Numbered from the stretch's first letter, positions 10,296 through 27,295 are shown. The stretch: 64,000 nt of DNA from Macrostomum lignano (GCA_002269645.1 NIVC01004003.1:1-64000), one strand, 5' to 3'. Notes: generated by a model not told the origin, from the sequence alone. Translations and numbers: made by a program.

Positions 10296-13200
10296 TCAGT
10301 CCTTGTAGATTTTCAAGCCGCCCCGAGCATCGCGGGGTGCGGGCGCAGTGCCACCGGGGAGGCGGGTGGGTCTCGGTTGGCCTCGCCTGGAGCTCTCGGT
10401 GCAGCGGTTTGCGGCTGGGCGACGGCGTCGGCCAAGTCGGGGCTGACGACCTTGACCGCCGTTCAGTGCCGCCAGCAGGTTGAGCCATCGCGGCGTAGCA
10501 GCAGCGAGATGCCGCTGGACCGTCCAGGCACCGCTTTCGAACGGCGTCTGCGTCTTGCTGGCACCGACCCGCCGTCGTAGCACCGTGTCGTCGACCTGGA
10601 CGCCGTGCCGCCGTGGTCGCCTTTTTACGTCCGCGTGCTGCTTCATGGCCTCTTTAGCGCCGGCGTCCGCGTCTCTCAGCCGCTGCTCATTGATGCGGAC
10701 CCGCTGGGACGGCCGGGCGGTGGGAATGACGTCGTTTGGCCGCCGGCCCATCAGCAGCTCGGCTGGTGCGCGCCCGGTAGCCGTGTGCGGCGTGTTCCTG
10801 TAGGCCAGCAGCCACTCATCCAGAGCAGCTCTCCAGTCCCGCCGCTCCTCGTTGGCTGCGAGTACAAATTTGTTGATGGAGCGGTTCAGCCGCTCCGTCA
10901 TGCCGTTGGCCGCTGGGTAGTAGGGCGTGATGAGGCGGTGCTTGATCCCGTAGCTCGCCAAGAACCGGCCGAGCTCCTTGGACGAGAAGGGCGGTCCATT
11001 GTCTGTCACGAGCTCCTGCGGGATCCCGAAGCGAGCGAACATCTCTCGTAGGCGGGGAATCAGTGCCTCAGTCGTCGTCGTCTGCATGAGCTGCACCTCC
11101 GGGAACCTCGAGTAGCGGTCCACGCACACCAGCAGCATGTTGTTGTTGATGGGTCCCACGAAGTCGGCGCCGATCGACAGCCAGGCGCCCGCGGGGATCG
11201 GCGTCGGCTGCTAAGGCGTGGCCCTGACGGCTGGTGTGTGTGTCGTGACGGCGCAGCTGCGGCATCGACTGACGAACTCCTCCGCTTGAGTTGCCATCCT
11301 CGGCCACCAGACCTTGGTGGCGAGCCTCGCGATCGTCGTCTGCGAGCACTGGTGCCCTTGGTGCGCCAGTTCGAGCATCTGCTGCCGCAGATCAGCTGGC
11401 ACGACGATTCGCTGGTGCCGAAGGAGGACCCCGTCACCGCAGACAGCTCCTCTCGCAGCGCATGGAGCGAACGTATCTCGGCGTTGGAGCAATCCCACCG
11501 GTCGCCTTGAGTCGCCGCTATCGCCACCCGGATGACTGGGTCGCTGGCAGAGCTCTTGCGGTTGTCCTCGAGCGTCAGCGCCATCGGCACAGCCGCCTGC
11601 GTCACCTCGTTGATGTAGGTCTCCCTCCGCTTGTCGCCAAAACTTCCGCCATGCGCGCTTATGGGTTGCCTGCTGAGTACGTCTGCAGCATTGGAGGCTC
11701 CCGGCTGGTACTCGACCTTAGGTGCTGGATCCTCAGCATCATTCGCTCGACTCGTGGAGGCGGCCGCGACCCAGGCGCGAACATGGCCGTCAGCGGCTTG
11801 TGATCGGAGACCACTGTGAACTTGGGCGATTCATGCAGGTAGTACTCGAACTTCAGGCAGCCGAACTTCACGGCCAGTGCCAGTATCGCCGCTCGACGTC
11901 GGATAGGGCTCGGCTGGCGTATACGACCGGCCTCGAGCTGCCGTCGCGCTGTACCTGCGCCAGGATGGCGCCCAGTCCGGTCGGCCCCGCGTCCACGATC
12001 AGCTGCGTGCACAGCCGCTTGTCGTAGAAAGCCAGCGTTGTCGGCTCCGCGATGCTGCGCTTCAGCTGCTCAAAGGTGCTGGCTTGGTCGGCGCCCTACT
12101 GCCAGTCGACGCCCTTCCTGGTCAGACGCCGCAGCGGTTCCACCACCTTGGCTAGCTGTGGCGTGAACACGGCGAGGTAGTTTACGAGGCCTAGGAATGA
12201 GCGAAGCTGTCAAATCGTCTCGGGCTCCTTGAAGTCTTGAACGGCGGCGACCTTGCTTTCGCTGGCCTGGACTCCTTCCGCCGTGAGCCGCAATCCCATG
12301 AACTCGATGCTGCTGCGCGCCAGTCGGCACCTCCGAGCGTTCAGCGTGATGCCGTGCTACGCCAGGCGGGCCAGACATGCCTCGAGGCTGCTGTTGTGCT
12401 CCGCCATCGTGCAGTCGAACACGACCACGTCGTCGTGGATCCATTTGACGTTGGGCAGGCCTGCCAGCACTCGACTCATCACATTCTGCAGGATCTCCTG
12501 GGAGGTGGACAGGCCCATGCACAGCCGGGTGAGACGGCGAAGTCCGCGAGGCGTCGAGAATGTTAGCAGCTTGCGGCATTTCTCGGCCACAGGCACCTGG
12601 TAGAACGCCTTCGCGATGTCCAGCTCCGAGAACACGGTGCTGCCGGCCATGTCCCCGGTCACCTCCTCGAAAGTCGGAATCTGGTGCCGCTCGCGGATGA
12701 CGTAGCGGTTTACATCGCGGAGGTCCTGTGTGATGCGCACCTCGCCAAGCTCTTTCTTGGGCACGACGACCATCCGAGCAACCCACGGCGCTGGACCCGA
12801 ATGATCCCGAGCTGCTCTAGAAGCTGCAGTTCCTTGTCCACCGCGCCTGCCAGGTGGATCGGCACCTTCGAAGGTGCGTGGCAGACCGGGCGGGCGCTGT
12901 CGGTGAGGTGGATGTCGACAGGCGGCCCGGTGAAGCAGCCGACGCCGCTGAACACGCTGGCATACTTGCGCAGCACCCCGCCGATGTCCTCTACGTGTTC
13001 TTGAGGTACTCCCCTGGATCTCGTGCCGCTGAGGAGGGTGTCGACCGCCGCCTCCGCTTCAGCGACCTGCAGCACCTGCTGGCCGGCAGTCGGAGGTGGT
13101 CCGACACGCAGGATGTCCATCTGGGTGGCTGTCTGCCTGCCGATGAGGATGATGTTCTACAACGTGGAACGTGGCGACTGCCTGCCGGCCGAAAATGCGA

Positions 13201-14249
13201 GCGGCCATCGCCGCCTTGCCCAGCAGATGCATCGGCCGGTCTGACCCGTACGCGAACAGCCTGTCCGAGGTGGTCTGCAGGTGCGGCCGCTGTCTCTGAC
13301 TCTCGAACGTGGCCCGGTTGATCACATTTCGAGCCGCGCCGCTGTCAATCAACACAGAGAGTCTGGAGCCGTTGATCTCGGCTACTCTGTGGGCCGACTG
13401 CTCTCCCTGGTCGACCTCGAACACGCCGGAGTCCGGGTCGTCCACCTTCTGGTAGCTGGTCTCGCCTTGCAGCGTTGCGACGGCGTTGGCGCCGCTCTGC
13501 GGGGCGTGCTGCCTGGACCTGCAGGGTTGTGCGAAGTGGTCCGGCTTCCCGCACTTTCTGCAGCTCTTGCCCTGCGCTGCGGTGCACATGGGGTGCCCCG
13601 ATCTGCTGCAGCGATCGCAGGATACGCGCTGCGTCGGCGCCTGCGGTCTTGGCGGCTGCCAGTCTTTTCTGACTGCTGCGGTCTGCTGCGGTTCTCCTGA
13701 TCTGTCGCTCTCCATCGCGGTGGCCTGCTGCTTCGCGATTTCTTTCGCCCTCGCCTTTTTGAGCACATCCGCCAGGGAGATGTTGTTGGTCTACAAGAAG
13801 TCTCTCCTAAGTCTCTCGGACTCGCAGTAGGCGACTATTTTGTCTCGGATCAGAGAGTCTCTGAGGGTCCCAAACTCACACGGCTCCGCCGCCTTGCGCA
13901 GACGCTGATACCACTGGTCGATCGGCTCGCCAGGCTGCTGTCTGCAGGTCTCAAACTTGAAACGCAGGAACACAATGTTATTCTTTCCATCCCAGTACGT
14001 CTGGATGTTTTTCGCGAGGCTGTTGTGGTCCTCTCCAGAGACAATCTCGTTCTCTTCGACAACAGCCTGCAGCTCCTCTCCTGCGGCGTACAGCAGCAGC
14101 TGCTGCCCTCGAATCTTGTCGGTGATTCCAGCTGCAATGATGTACGTGGCGAAGCGACGAATCCATGCAGCCCAGCGCTGTGCAGTGGAGTGGCAATCGC
14201 TATTGATTGTAAACGGGTCGGGTGGCGTGAGTGTGATTTGCTGAGTCAT
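10296..14249 (-). pseudogene. Gypsy gag-pol, fragmented by frameshifts and stops
   Basis: gag TAQRWAAWIRRFATY; CCHC knuckle CRKCGKPDHFAQPC; protease VLIDSGAARNVI; RT MVVVPKK..VRITQDLRDVN..FSELDIAKAFYQV..WIHDDVVV; integrase zinc finger ELAHQGHQ..VWWP..CRSC; integrase core RYSRFPEV..TDNGPPF..PYYPAANGMTERLNR. Confidence 0.92.
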
Positions 14250-14280
14250 GATTTTAAGGGTTCGGTTCTTGCGACGCCAT

Positions 14281-14481
14281 TGTAGTATCTGAGACAGAGG
14301 CCGTGTTTGCTGTGTAGCCGAAACTCACGAAACTCTTACACTCTCGCCGCGCTGGGCCCACATCTATATATTTATGAGCGCAGAGCTATAATTGGGGTGG
14401 CGGTACCCACCCCGCTCTGTAGCCAATCAGACCTGCCGGACGTACACGTTGGGCTAGCATACCGTGCGTACGCACACTACA
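14281..14481 (-). repeat. 5' LTR of the Gypsy element
   Basis: Matches 9753-9927 (gaggccgtgtttgctgtgtagccgaaactc...cgtacgcacactaca). Confidence 0.92.
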
Positions 14482-14833
14482 CCATCCAAGTGTTTTAGTA
14501 GAGTTTGATTAAATAAATCCTATATCCTAAAAATGAGTTGTCTGTGGGTACATGTAGGTAGGTAGGTATGCGATAGATTTCAGAAAAAATGGCTCAACCG
14601 ATTTTCTTCAAATTTGCACCATTAAATCAGAAATTTTCCTGGGACGGTACATGCATCTTGGCTAAGAATTGTAGCTAAAAAAGCTATTTCAAATTTTCTA
14701 AGAATGAAATTATTATCAATAAATACCGCGAAACTGCTGATATTTAATAGCTCGCATACAAAATTACATTTGATACACGAGCTTACAAGTACAACATGTC
14801 TTGTAAGTTAGAGTAGACTTCATAAACATGACA

Positions 14834-15364
14834 CAGGGGCGTCATTAACGGGGGGACAGGGGGGACATGTCCCCCCAGTAAAATATCTTTTATGCGGCGC
14901 TAAAATGAGTGCCTGCGGCGCTAAAATGAGTGGCTGCGGCGCCAAAATGTGTGCCTGCGGCGCCAAAATGTGTGCCTGCAGCGCTAAAATGAGTGCCTGC
15001 AGCGCTAAAATGAGTGCCTGCAGCGCTAAAATGAGTGCCTGCAGCACTAAAATGTGTGCCTGCGGCGCTAAAATGAGTGCCTGCGGCGCCAAAATGAGTG
15101 CCTGCGGCGCCAAAATGAGTGCCTGCGGCGCCAAAATGTGTGCCTACAGCGCTAAAATGAGTGCCTGCAGCGCTAAAATGAGTGCCTGCAGCGCCAAAAT
15201 GAGTGCCTGCGGCGCTAGAATGAGTGCCCGCGGCGCCAAAATGAGTGCTGACAACACCGATTCTGAAAATAATGTACATGTAGGAATTTAGTCATGTACA
15301 TGTACATGTATAATTGTTGGCTTTGTCCCCCCCCCCCACCATAAAATCTATGGCGACGCCCCCG
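14834..15364. mobile_element. MITE-like non-autonomous DNA element with an internal 21-bp tandem array
   Basis: Ends caggggcgtc / gacgcccccg (10-bp inverted repeat, 1 mismatch). Flanking 8-mers acatgaca / acgcgaca (6/8, possible decayed hAT-type TSD). Internal array of about 17 x gcggcgctaaaatgagtgcct at ~14893-15250. Confidence 0.65.
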
Positions 15365-16552
15365 ACGCGACATATACATGCACAATGTACATCGCAGACT
15401 AACAAGTATAACTGCTTATCAACCGCGCATTCCACATTTGTTTGTCTGATTGCTTGTTACAGAACGACAGTGGAAAAGTGGTTCCTCCGACCTTCATACA
15501 GAAACCAGCGTGCAACATTCCGACTTCTCCCAAAATGCTATGTAGCTAACTGACAATTTGCTTATTAAGTGTGCTAAGCAGATATTCATAATTCCGAAAA
15601 ATTGCGTACATTGCTTGCAGTTTTTATTATCAGTGAAAACGCAGTGAACTTTGCAGTACGCTGAAAAGCTCCACCGACACTTTGCCGCCATTCTGGTGGT
15701 TCGAATGGGAATAAGTAGGGAAACTTTACCCTAATTATCGATCGTTACTGGGGGTGGGTGCTGCGGCTGTCCGTTTTCCATTTGAAAGGAGGCACAGCAT
15801 TTTACACCACATGGACTAACTATTGCACACAATTGCAAAGCGAGCTTAAGTGTTTATGTAAATGAAATATAAAGATATTAACATAATGTTTTATAGACAC
15901 GATTTAAGAGACGATAGCTATATAAATGTAACATCCTTATAATATTAATTATTTGTCAGTGATCAGGAAATTAAATATTAGAAATGAAAAAAAATTCCCA
16001 CCAAATGTACCATACATGTAAGAGACTCCACAGGACTCAAGAAACTCCCGGTCCATTTAACATTTTTGACCGTCATGAGGTCGAGTTTTCACAAAATACT
16101 AGCTTTTTTAATTTTCATAATGCAATTCAAACTAGAGCAGCTCAGCGGCGACACGTCTGACGTCATGCAGACTATCGAGGAGAGTCCATATGCTGGGTTT
16201 CATTTACAAGTGCGGCAACACATGTGAAGGCACAGAGTGGGCACACGAGAAAGTCAGGGTCGTTGTAACTTGTCAAGTGAATTAAAACTTTTTGGACCTT
16301 CACCAAAGCCAAAACACGCAAAAATGGGGAACGCAAAGTCAGCTAATGCCCCCTTGAACCCATCCAGAAAAATTGGGAAGTGAAACCACTTCGGGCAGCT
16401 TTACTGCACTGCTAAAACTAAACGTATGAACGTCTACAATGTAAGTCGTCTATTAATATAAAAAAACTGTCATGTATTCCGGCATAATACGAGCGAGCAA
16501 GAGTTCGTAACCAATGGCAACGCAATTCAGTTGCTTTATCGACCGGTGCTGT

Positions 16553-20314
<3,762 letters not shown>

Positions 20315-21224
20315 ATATAGCTGGCTGAGTCAAATTTTGATCGCCAGAGCCTGATTCTCTTCCCGCACGGCTCTCAGAGCCGGTTTTCCTCTCTCACAAA
20401 AGAGAGGCTGTGGGAGGCCTCGTGCGCACAAAAGCTCCGAAGCTGCACGAGAATGAAGCGTCAATGAGTTCACAGTCATAAGGCTAACCGCATAAAGCAT
20501 TCCCATAGGGATTGCACAGCTCTGCAGCTACAATGGGCACACGGGATGGGTTGCACAATATACTCAGCCCGTAACCAGGAAGTTACGGAGAAATCCGTGG
20601 CTCTGGGTCAACAGAACTGTGAGCACACGCAGCTGAGCACAGGAGAGGCTATGAAGGAAAAGTTGCAGCGATAGACCCTGCTATGGTGACAGCTTAACAT
20701 CTTAATTTTAAGAGCTGAATAGCGATACTCTGCTGCGATCGTGTCGTGAAGACATGACTTCCGGCTTAGCCAGGAGAGAGCTTAGCAGGAACCAGAGAGC
20801 TGCTTTCTATGGTTTTAATTTACTTTTAAGGCGCTCTGTTTCATGGGAGCAGGGCTAAACTTAATTTGTGGTGTTAATCGCAACTATTTATAAAAAAACT
20901 TGCAGCACTACTTGCAGTAGATAGTTGGTGGATTATATTAGCTTAACAGATAATAACTTGAGTACAAGCGCACTTTTCCTTTTATTTTCGCACGCTCAAT
21001 ATTGAAGTCGCTCGTTTGATTGACTCAAAACAGTTTTGTTTGCTCAATAGTCACAAACACCAGAGGCCCATGCAGCGCCACTCCCTTAGTTATGACTTGC
21101 AAATTGCACTTTTAAGTGTGTTATCAGTCATAAACAGCTGTTTTCCTTGGTTTCCGGCTACAGTCTACCGGTATGATCAGAAACTAAAATCTCACTCTGG
21201 AAATGAAGGTGCTTAGAGAATGGA

Positions 21225-21797
21225 TAGCGAGTGGATAGAGAGTGGATAGAGAGTGGATAGAGAGTGGATAGAGAGTGGATAGAGAGTGAATAGAGAGGGG
21301 ATAGAGAGTGGATAGAGAGTGAATAGAGAGGGGATAGAGAGTGGATAGAGAGTGGATAGAGAGTGGATAGAGAGTGGATAGAGAGTGAATAGAGAGTGGA
21401 TAGAGAGTGGATAGAGAGTGAATAGAGAGTGGATAGAGAGTGGATACAGTGGATAGAGAGTGGATAGAGTGGATAGAGAGTGGATAGAGAGAGGATAGAG
21501 AGTGGATAGAGAGTGGATAGAGAGTGGATAGAGAGTGGATAGAGAGAGGATAGAGAGTGGATAGAGAGTGGATAGAGATTAGATAGAGAGAGGATAGAGA
21601 GTGGATAGAGATTGGATAGAGAGTGGATAGAGAGTGGATAGAGGGTGGATAGAGAGTGGATAGAGAGAGGATAGAGAGAGGATAGAGAGTGGATAGAGAG
21701 TGGATAGAGAGTGGATAGAGAGTGGATAGAGATTAGATAGAGAGAGGATAGAGATTAGATAGAGAGTGGATAGAGATTAGATAGAGAGTGGATAGAT
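21225..21797. repeat. 11-bp minisatellite (GGATAGAGAGT)n
   Basis: Read directly. Confidence 0.97.
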
Positions 21798-21957
21798 GTC
21801 GTTAACATCCTGTATTAATGGTCACATCAAAGAATTGGTTGCCGGTTCGGAGGGCAGGCTCTGCCCTAATCAGGTTGCAGATACCCGTAATTACGGCAGT
21901 GCGTAACCAGAAAAGCAGAGGCTGATTTCATTTATCAACATTGCACGACTTGAAACT

Positions 21958-22983
21958 TCACCTGGTCAAAGAGGAGCATCGAAATTCCGTCTGCCTGATG
22001 GGCTCCCGCGGCTCCGGCTCCCGCACCTGCCGCTGCTGCAGCTCCCAGACCACCGAGGACGATTGACGAGCAGGCATCAGCGGCGCCTGGCGCCGTCTGA
22101 CGGGCAGCTGGGCCGTCAGGGCAGCCCCAGCCGAGGTCGCAGCCGCGCCAGCCGAAGGAGCCCTCCTTCTCGAGTTGAACCAGCGGTTTCGAGCGAGATC
22201 AGCCGACATCACGAGCGACGCGGCGAAGACCAGGAGGCTGGGCACGGGAGCCTGGACTATGATGACGAGTCTGGTTAGCAGGCGGCTGGGAGCGAATGCA
22301 GCGAAGACTCGAAGTGCGGTGAAGCAGATGCTCAGAGCGGCGCAGGCGCAGAAGCATCTGACGGTGTCGCAGGTTATCCGGTTGAGTTGTGAGAGATATT
22401 CAGGATGATTATTCAAGATATTCAGGATGTACTTTTAGGATTCTCAACTCCTATCAAAAGTGTTCACCCACCTCACGTAGAGCTTCTTAGTAAACATAGT
22501 CCTGGCAGTGAACGGCCACAGGATCACTACGCAGCGGGCCAGGGTGAAGGCAGCGATCCACCAGTTTCTGAGAAACAGACCGGCATTCGATGGCGCGAAG
22601 GTGGCCACGCAGAGCCACAGGAGAGCCGGTGCAGATTCGTTGTTGACATTTTCCAGCCAACTGTCGTTGCTAAAATCGGCTGCCGTTACGTTTGCGTCTC
22701 CGACGGTCGTCCCGACGACGGAGCCTTCGCACACGCGACTCACCAGGTTGCTCACGGTGAAGGCCAGGTGACTCAAATCGAACAAAAACTCGCTAGCGGA
22801 CAACAGCAGCAGGCCCAGCAGAGATGGAGCTCTGGACGCCAAGAACAGCCGACGGAACAGGTGCACGGCACATAGGTTGGCGCAGGTGGACACCACGTTA
22901 ACAACTAGCTGGACACTCAGCCAAGCAGATCGTGAGCTGTCCGAGATTTGCTGCTCCATTTCTATTTTCGAATCGAACAACAC
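21958..22983 (-). pseudogene. Divergent rhodopsin-family GPCR-like gene, frameshifted and apparently truncated
   Basis: TM1-like VQLVVNVVSTCANL; TM2-like LLGLLLLSASEFLFDL; TM3/DRY-region-like RNWWIAAFTLARCVVILWPFTARTMFT. After a shift near 22440 there are two more hydrophobic segments. I do not see TM6 or TM7. Confidence 0.6.
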
Positions 22984-23409
22984 GATAGCTGTTTTCAGGG
23001 AAAATTTCTGCTTTAGTCAACCAAGCTTACGTAGATGAAGTTGATTCCAGTTGAATTCGAGCGAGACCTGCTGATTTGCTCTGTCTTAAAGTCTTGTTAA
23101 TAACAAGGTTTCTCAAAAGCGGATGAGGAGTTCGAGAAGCTGCATAGAGGCAGCCAATCACGATGCAGTGGCATGGCTGCTCGGGAGAATTCCCGATTGC
23201 GAAAGTAACTGGCAGCCTGGAGACTGTCTTTACGAGTGTATGAGCACTGTATAGTTTCCATGTAGGAGACACTTAGACGTGAATAAACGCAGAAACTACC
23301 TTTGCAGTTTGGCTTATAGATGACACTCGCAAAATACTGTTTTCGATGCAATTCGAGGCATGGCATGCAGAACCAGCGAGAGGCATTGCTGCCCGCTCCG
23401 CCGACCCCC

Positions 23410-23692
23410 CTGAGCAGACACACAACAAACGCGCGGATACGTACGCAGTCATACGCCCGGGAACACACTCACACAGGAGTGTACAGCGGCCCTAACTTTA
23501 TTTATCGTTATAGGCATGAACACTTCACTGTGTTTTGGGGGGAGGCCTTCAAAGGCATTAATTGCAGAAGCAGAGCCAAAGCCGAGATTCCAATTTAGCC
23601 CCAAATTAATGCGACTGCACTTGGAATCGAGCCTGGGCCGATGGTACACCAGAGCGCCGCGCTGGACCACTGCGCTGCGGCCCCCTCCCAGG
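23410..23692 (-). mobile_element. tRNA-derived SINE, family copy 1
   Basis: Minus strand GGCCGCAGCGCAGTGGTCCAGCGCGGCGCTCTG...GGCTCGATTCCAAGTGCAGTCGCATTAATTTGGGG (A/B-box-like). Homologous to 61300-61515 and 63121-63280. Confidence 0.82.
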
Positions 23693-24562
23693 TTTTCGAT
23701 ACAAACTATTACCATTAAATCGACAATTTATTAATTAGCAACCGAATTTCTAAATTTTAAAACTGCAGAACCTGGGGTCCGTTCGGGTGCTGAACCCAAG
23801 TGTTATCAAAAGGTACGAACAGGTGTAATGACGCTCCATGTGCACAGTAAGCTAGTTCTAGCTTGATGACGCGATCAGAACTCGCGTAATTGCGTAATAG
23901 ACGATGATGAAGCGAGACTATACTAATTATCACTCATCTGAAGCGCCTGCGGTCAAGATATGCCCTTAAAGTCTGCTACATTCTCCCCCATAGGAATCTG
24001 TCAACGCATGATCAGTCTTTAAAAGAGAGACAGCAGATGTCCGTGGGGCAATCCGATCCGTAAGATGTTCTTCATCAGTTTTGTGTGCAAAGCTTATTTC
24101 TGCCTATTTTCAAAAATACTCTTAGCTTCTGCACCCAGTGCTCAAACCAAATACTATCGTCGACAGATGTTTTCTTTCTCAGTATTTAGCATAGCTACTA
24201 TGAGAGGTATACTCTATCTAAATATTTAGTATATAAATTTTTATATGTAGGAAGGACCGCAACACGCAGTACGATCGTTAACATAAATTTGCGTGCAGGT
24301 TAATGAGATGCAAAATGATGAGTCATTGTCAGTTTGCAAGTATGACGCTAATAATGCATTTAGGATCAATTTACTGCGAGTATTCTTAATAAAGTAAGGA
24401 TAACTTAAGTATGCCATGTTGAACTACCAAAGTGAGAGGGTGATTGATTTTCCCTGGCAATTTTTGTTGCGCCGGAACGGAGCAACGCAAGCAGATGTCA
24501 AGAACACAGCCTAACTTTTTGTTGCGCATCCTCTCAAACAGGAATAAAGTCGCCAGGCTTAC

Positions 24563-25197
24563 TGGGGTAATTGCTGAGATGTTAAGTCTTGGGGGGGGGG
24601 GGAATTGCTGAGATGTTAAGTCTTGGGGGGAATTGCTGAGATGTTAAGTCTTGGGGGGGAATTGCTGAGATGTTAAGTCTTGGGGGGAATTGCTGAGATG
24701 TTAAGTCTTGGGGGGAATTGCTGAGATGTTAAGTCTTGGGGGTAATTGCTGAGATGTCAAGTCTTGAGGGGGAATTGCTGAGATGTCAAGTCTTGGGGGG
24801 AATTGCTGAGATGTCAAGTCTTGAGGGGGAATTGCTGAGATGTCAAGTCTTGAGGGGGAATTGCTGAGATGTTAAGTCTTGGGGGAATTGCTGGGATGTT
24901 AAGTCTTGGGGGGATTGCTGAGATGTTAAGTCTTGGGGGGGGGGGAATTGCTGAGATGTCAAGGCTTGGGGGGGAATTGCTGAGATGTCAAGGCTTGGGG
25001 AGGGAATTGCTGAGATGTCAAGGCTTGGGGGGAATTGCTGAGATGTCAAGGCTTGGGGGGGGAATCGCTGAGATGTCAAGGCTTGGGGGAATTGCTGAGA
25101 TGTCAAGGCTTGGGGGGGGAATCGCTGAGATGTCAAGGCTTGGGGGAATCGCTGAGATGTCAAGGCTTAGGGAAAATTGCTGAGATGGCAAGGCTTA
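24563..25197. repeat. ~27-bp minisatellite with variable G-run
   Basis: Unit ggggaattgctgagatgt(t/c)aag(t/g)ctt. Variants grade from ttaagtc to tcaaggc along the array. Confidence 0.96.
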
Positions 25198-25794
25198 CAA
25201 ACACAAGGTCAGAACCTATGTGTAGTTTATTTTTTTTTAATTATTACATTCTTTCTTTGCTCCCCAACGAGGGGCGTAGATCGCTTGTCATACTTCAAAT
25301 TTTCGGGTTCTAAAAACCTTTTATTATGCAATTAAAAGTGCAATTTGGCGAGGTCAACCTGTCCAAAAGTAAAACAAATCTTAGTCCAGACTTATGGGCG
25401 TCAGATATATGCATGGCTTCCATCTCGCCTTCTCCCTAATGGCTTGGAATTCCCTCTTTAAACAAAAACAATAATTTCGGCAGATATAGGTGAAGATAGG
25501 CAAGTGAATTCGTAGAAAAAGCATTACCTATGGCCTGGCCATCACGAGGTGTGCAATTTGGACACAGACAGGGTGGTGATTAGCTCGGCTCGGCTAATCA
25601 CCACTTACAACACCTCTTACAAAGCTTGCTTTCATTCACAAGCAATTTGCTTACACGCGAGAAAAGAATAGGACTGAATAATGTGCAGCTGAGGGCACAA
25701 CCATGAGACTTTTGTCTGTCTGTCTGTTTTTGGATTGTACAGAGGGTTCTATAAGGTAGCAGGACATGCTTGAAATGCACATTGAAAGGGTAGT

Positions 25795-26800
25795 CAACGG
25801 GTAGACTGGCTGAGTGAGATGCCAGACAGCGGGTAGACTGGCTGAGTGAGATGCCAGACAGCGGGTAGACTGGCTGAGTGAGATGCCAGACAGCCGGTAG
25901 ACTGGCTGAGTGAGATGCCAGACAGCGGGTAGACTGGCTGAGTGAGATGCCAGACAGCGGGTGCACTGGCTGAGTGAGATGCCAGACAGCCGGTAGACTG
26001 GCTGAGTGAGATGCCAGACAGCGGGTAGACTGGCTGAGTGAGATGCCAGACAGCGGGTGCACTGGCTGAGTGAGATGCCAGACAGCCGGTAGACTGGCTG
26101 AGTGAGATGCCAGACAGTGGGTAGACTGGCTGAGATGCCAGACAGCCGGTAGACTGGTTGAGTGAGATGCCAGACAGCCGGTAGACTGGCTGAGTGAGAT
26201 GCCAGACAGTGGGTAGACTGGCTGAGATGCCAGACAGCCGGTAGACTGGTTGAGTGAGATGCCAGACAGCGGGTGCACTGGCTGAGTGAGATGCCAGACA
26301 GCCGGTAGACTGGCTGAGTGAGATGCCAGACAGCGGGTAGACTGGCTGAGTGAGATGCCAGACAGCGGGTGCACTGGCTGAGTGAGATGCCAGACAGCCG
26401 GTAGACTGGCTGAGTGAGATGCCAGACAGCCGGTAGACTGGCTGAGTGAGATGCCAGACAGCGGGTGCACTGGCTGAGTGAGATGCCAGACAGCGGGTAG
26501 ACTGGCTGAGTGAGATGCCAGACAGCGGGTAGACTGGCTGAGTGAGATGCCAGACAGCGGGTGCACTGGCTGAGTGAGATGCCAGACAGCCGGTAGACTG
26601 GCTGAGTGAGATGCCAGACAGTGGGTAGACTGGCTGAGTGAGATGCCAGACAGCCGGTAGACTGGTTGAGTGAGATGCCAGACAGCCGGTAGACTGGCTA
26701 AGTGAGATGCCAGACAACAGGTGGACTGGCTGAGTGAGATGCCAGACAGCGGGTAGACTGGCTGAGTGAGATGCCAGACAGCGGGTAGACTGGCTGAGCT
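25795..26800. repeat. 32-bp minisatellite, about 31 copies
   Basis: Unit gtagactggctgagtgagatgccagacagcgg. Confidence 0.97.
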
Positions 26801-27295
26801 AAGAAGGTAAAGCATATAGAAGAAGTCATATAAAAAATGCACTTAGGTGACTGTCGGCAGTATAAAATGTTTTAACAAAATGCGACCCACCCTTACCGCC
26901 TTCAGTGACTAAAATAATTTTAATTCAATAGAAAGCTTCCGTATAAGATTAATTATAATTGACAAAACTAATTGCTTAAGCGACTTGTATGTTGTATTGG
27001 TCTGAAGCTGATGACAATGCTCAATACGTATTCCTAATGCAACATGGAAAAGCGAATATCTTTCTTTAGCCTTCCGTTCAAATCTTTTCAATTCATGAGT
27101 GCAATTCAGAAATTGAATTCCGGATGGATTAAAGCACTGAATGCTGGTTCAGGATGGCTTGAATAAAATCGGCCATAGCCAAAAAAAACTCCACATAAGC
27201 AAAAACTGAAACAATGCAGGAAGTGGTGACAATTTTCACAAGTTGAATTGCAAGTTTTTTGAAGCAAATTTTTATAATACAATTCCCGGCAGCGC

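Larger units (their letters stand above)
9753..14481 (-). mobile_element. Ty3/Gypsy LTR retrotransposon, full-length but decayed
   Basis: Two TG...CA LTRs (9753-9927 and 14281-14481). A 5-bp TSD CCATC at 9748-9752 and 14482-14486. PBS-like TGGCGTCGCAAG next to the 5' LTR and PPT GAAGGGGGAGAGA (9928-9940). Domain order gag-PR-RT-RH-IN. Confidence 0.95.

Noticed and set aside
12390-12450. IHDD instead of YxDD in the Gypsy RT as a novel active site
   Set aside because: Non-tyrosine residues before DD occur in this group of Gypsy RTs, and the element is decayed.
10226-14285. Numerous plus-strand and alternate-frame ORFs over the Gypsy element
   Set aside because: These are shadow ORFs of GC-rich gag-pol sequence with no independent motifs.
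25795-26800. Regularly spaced 32-bp repeats as a CRISPR array
   Set aside because: Units are head-to-tail with no unique spacers, there are no cas genes, and the context is eukaryotic. The same applies to the other arrays.
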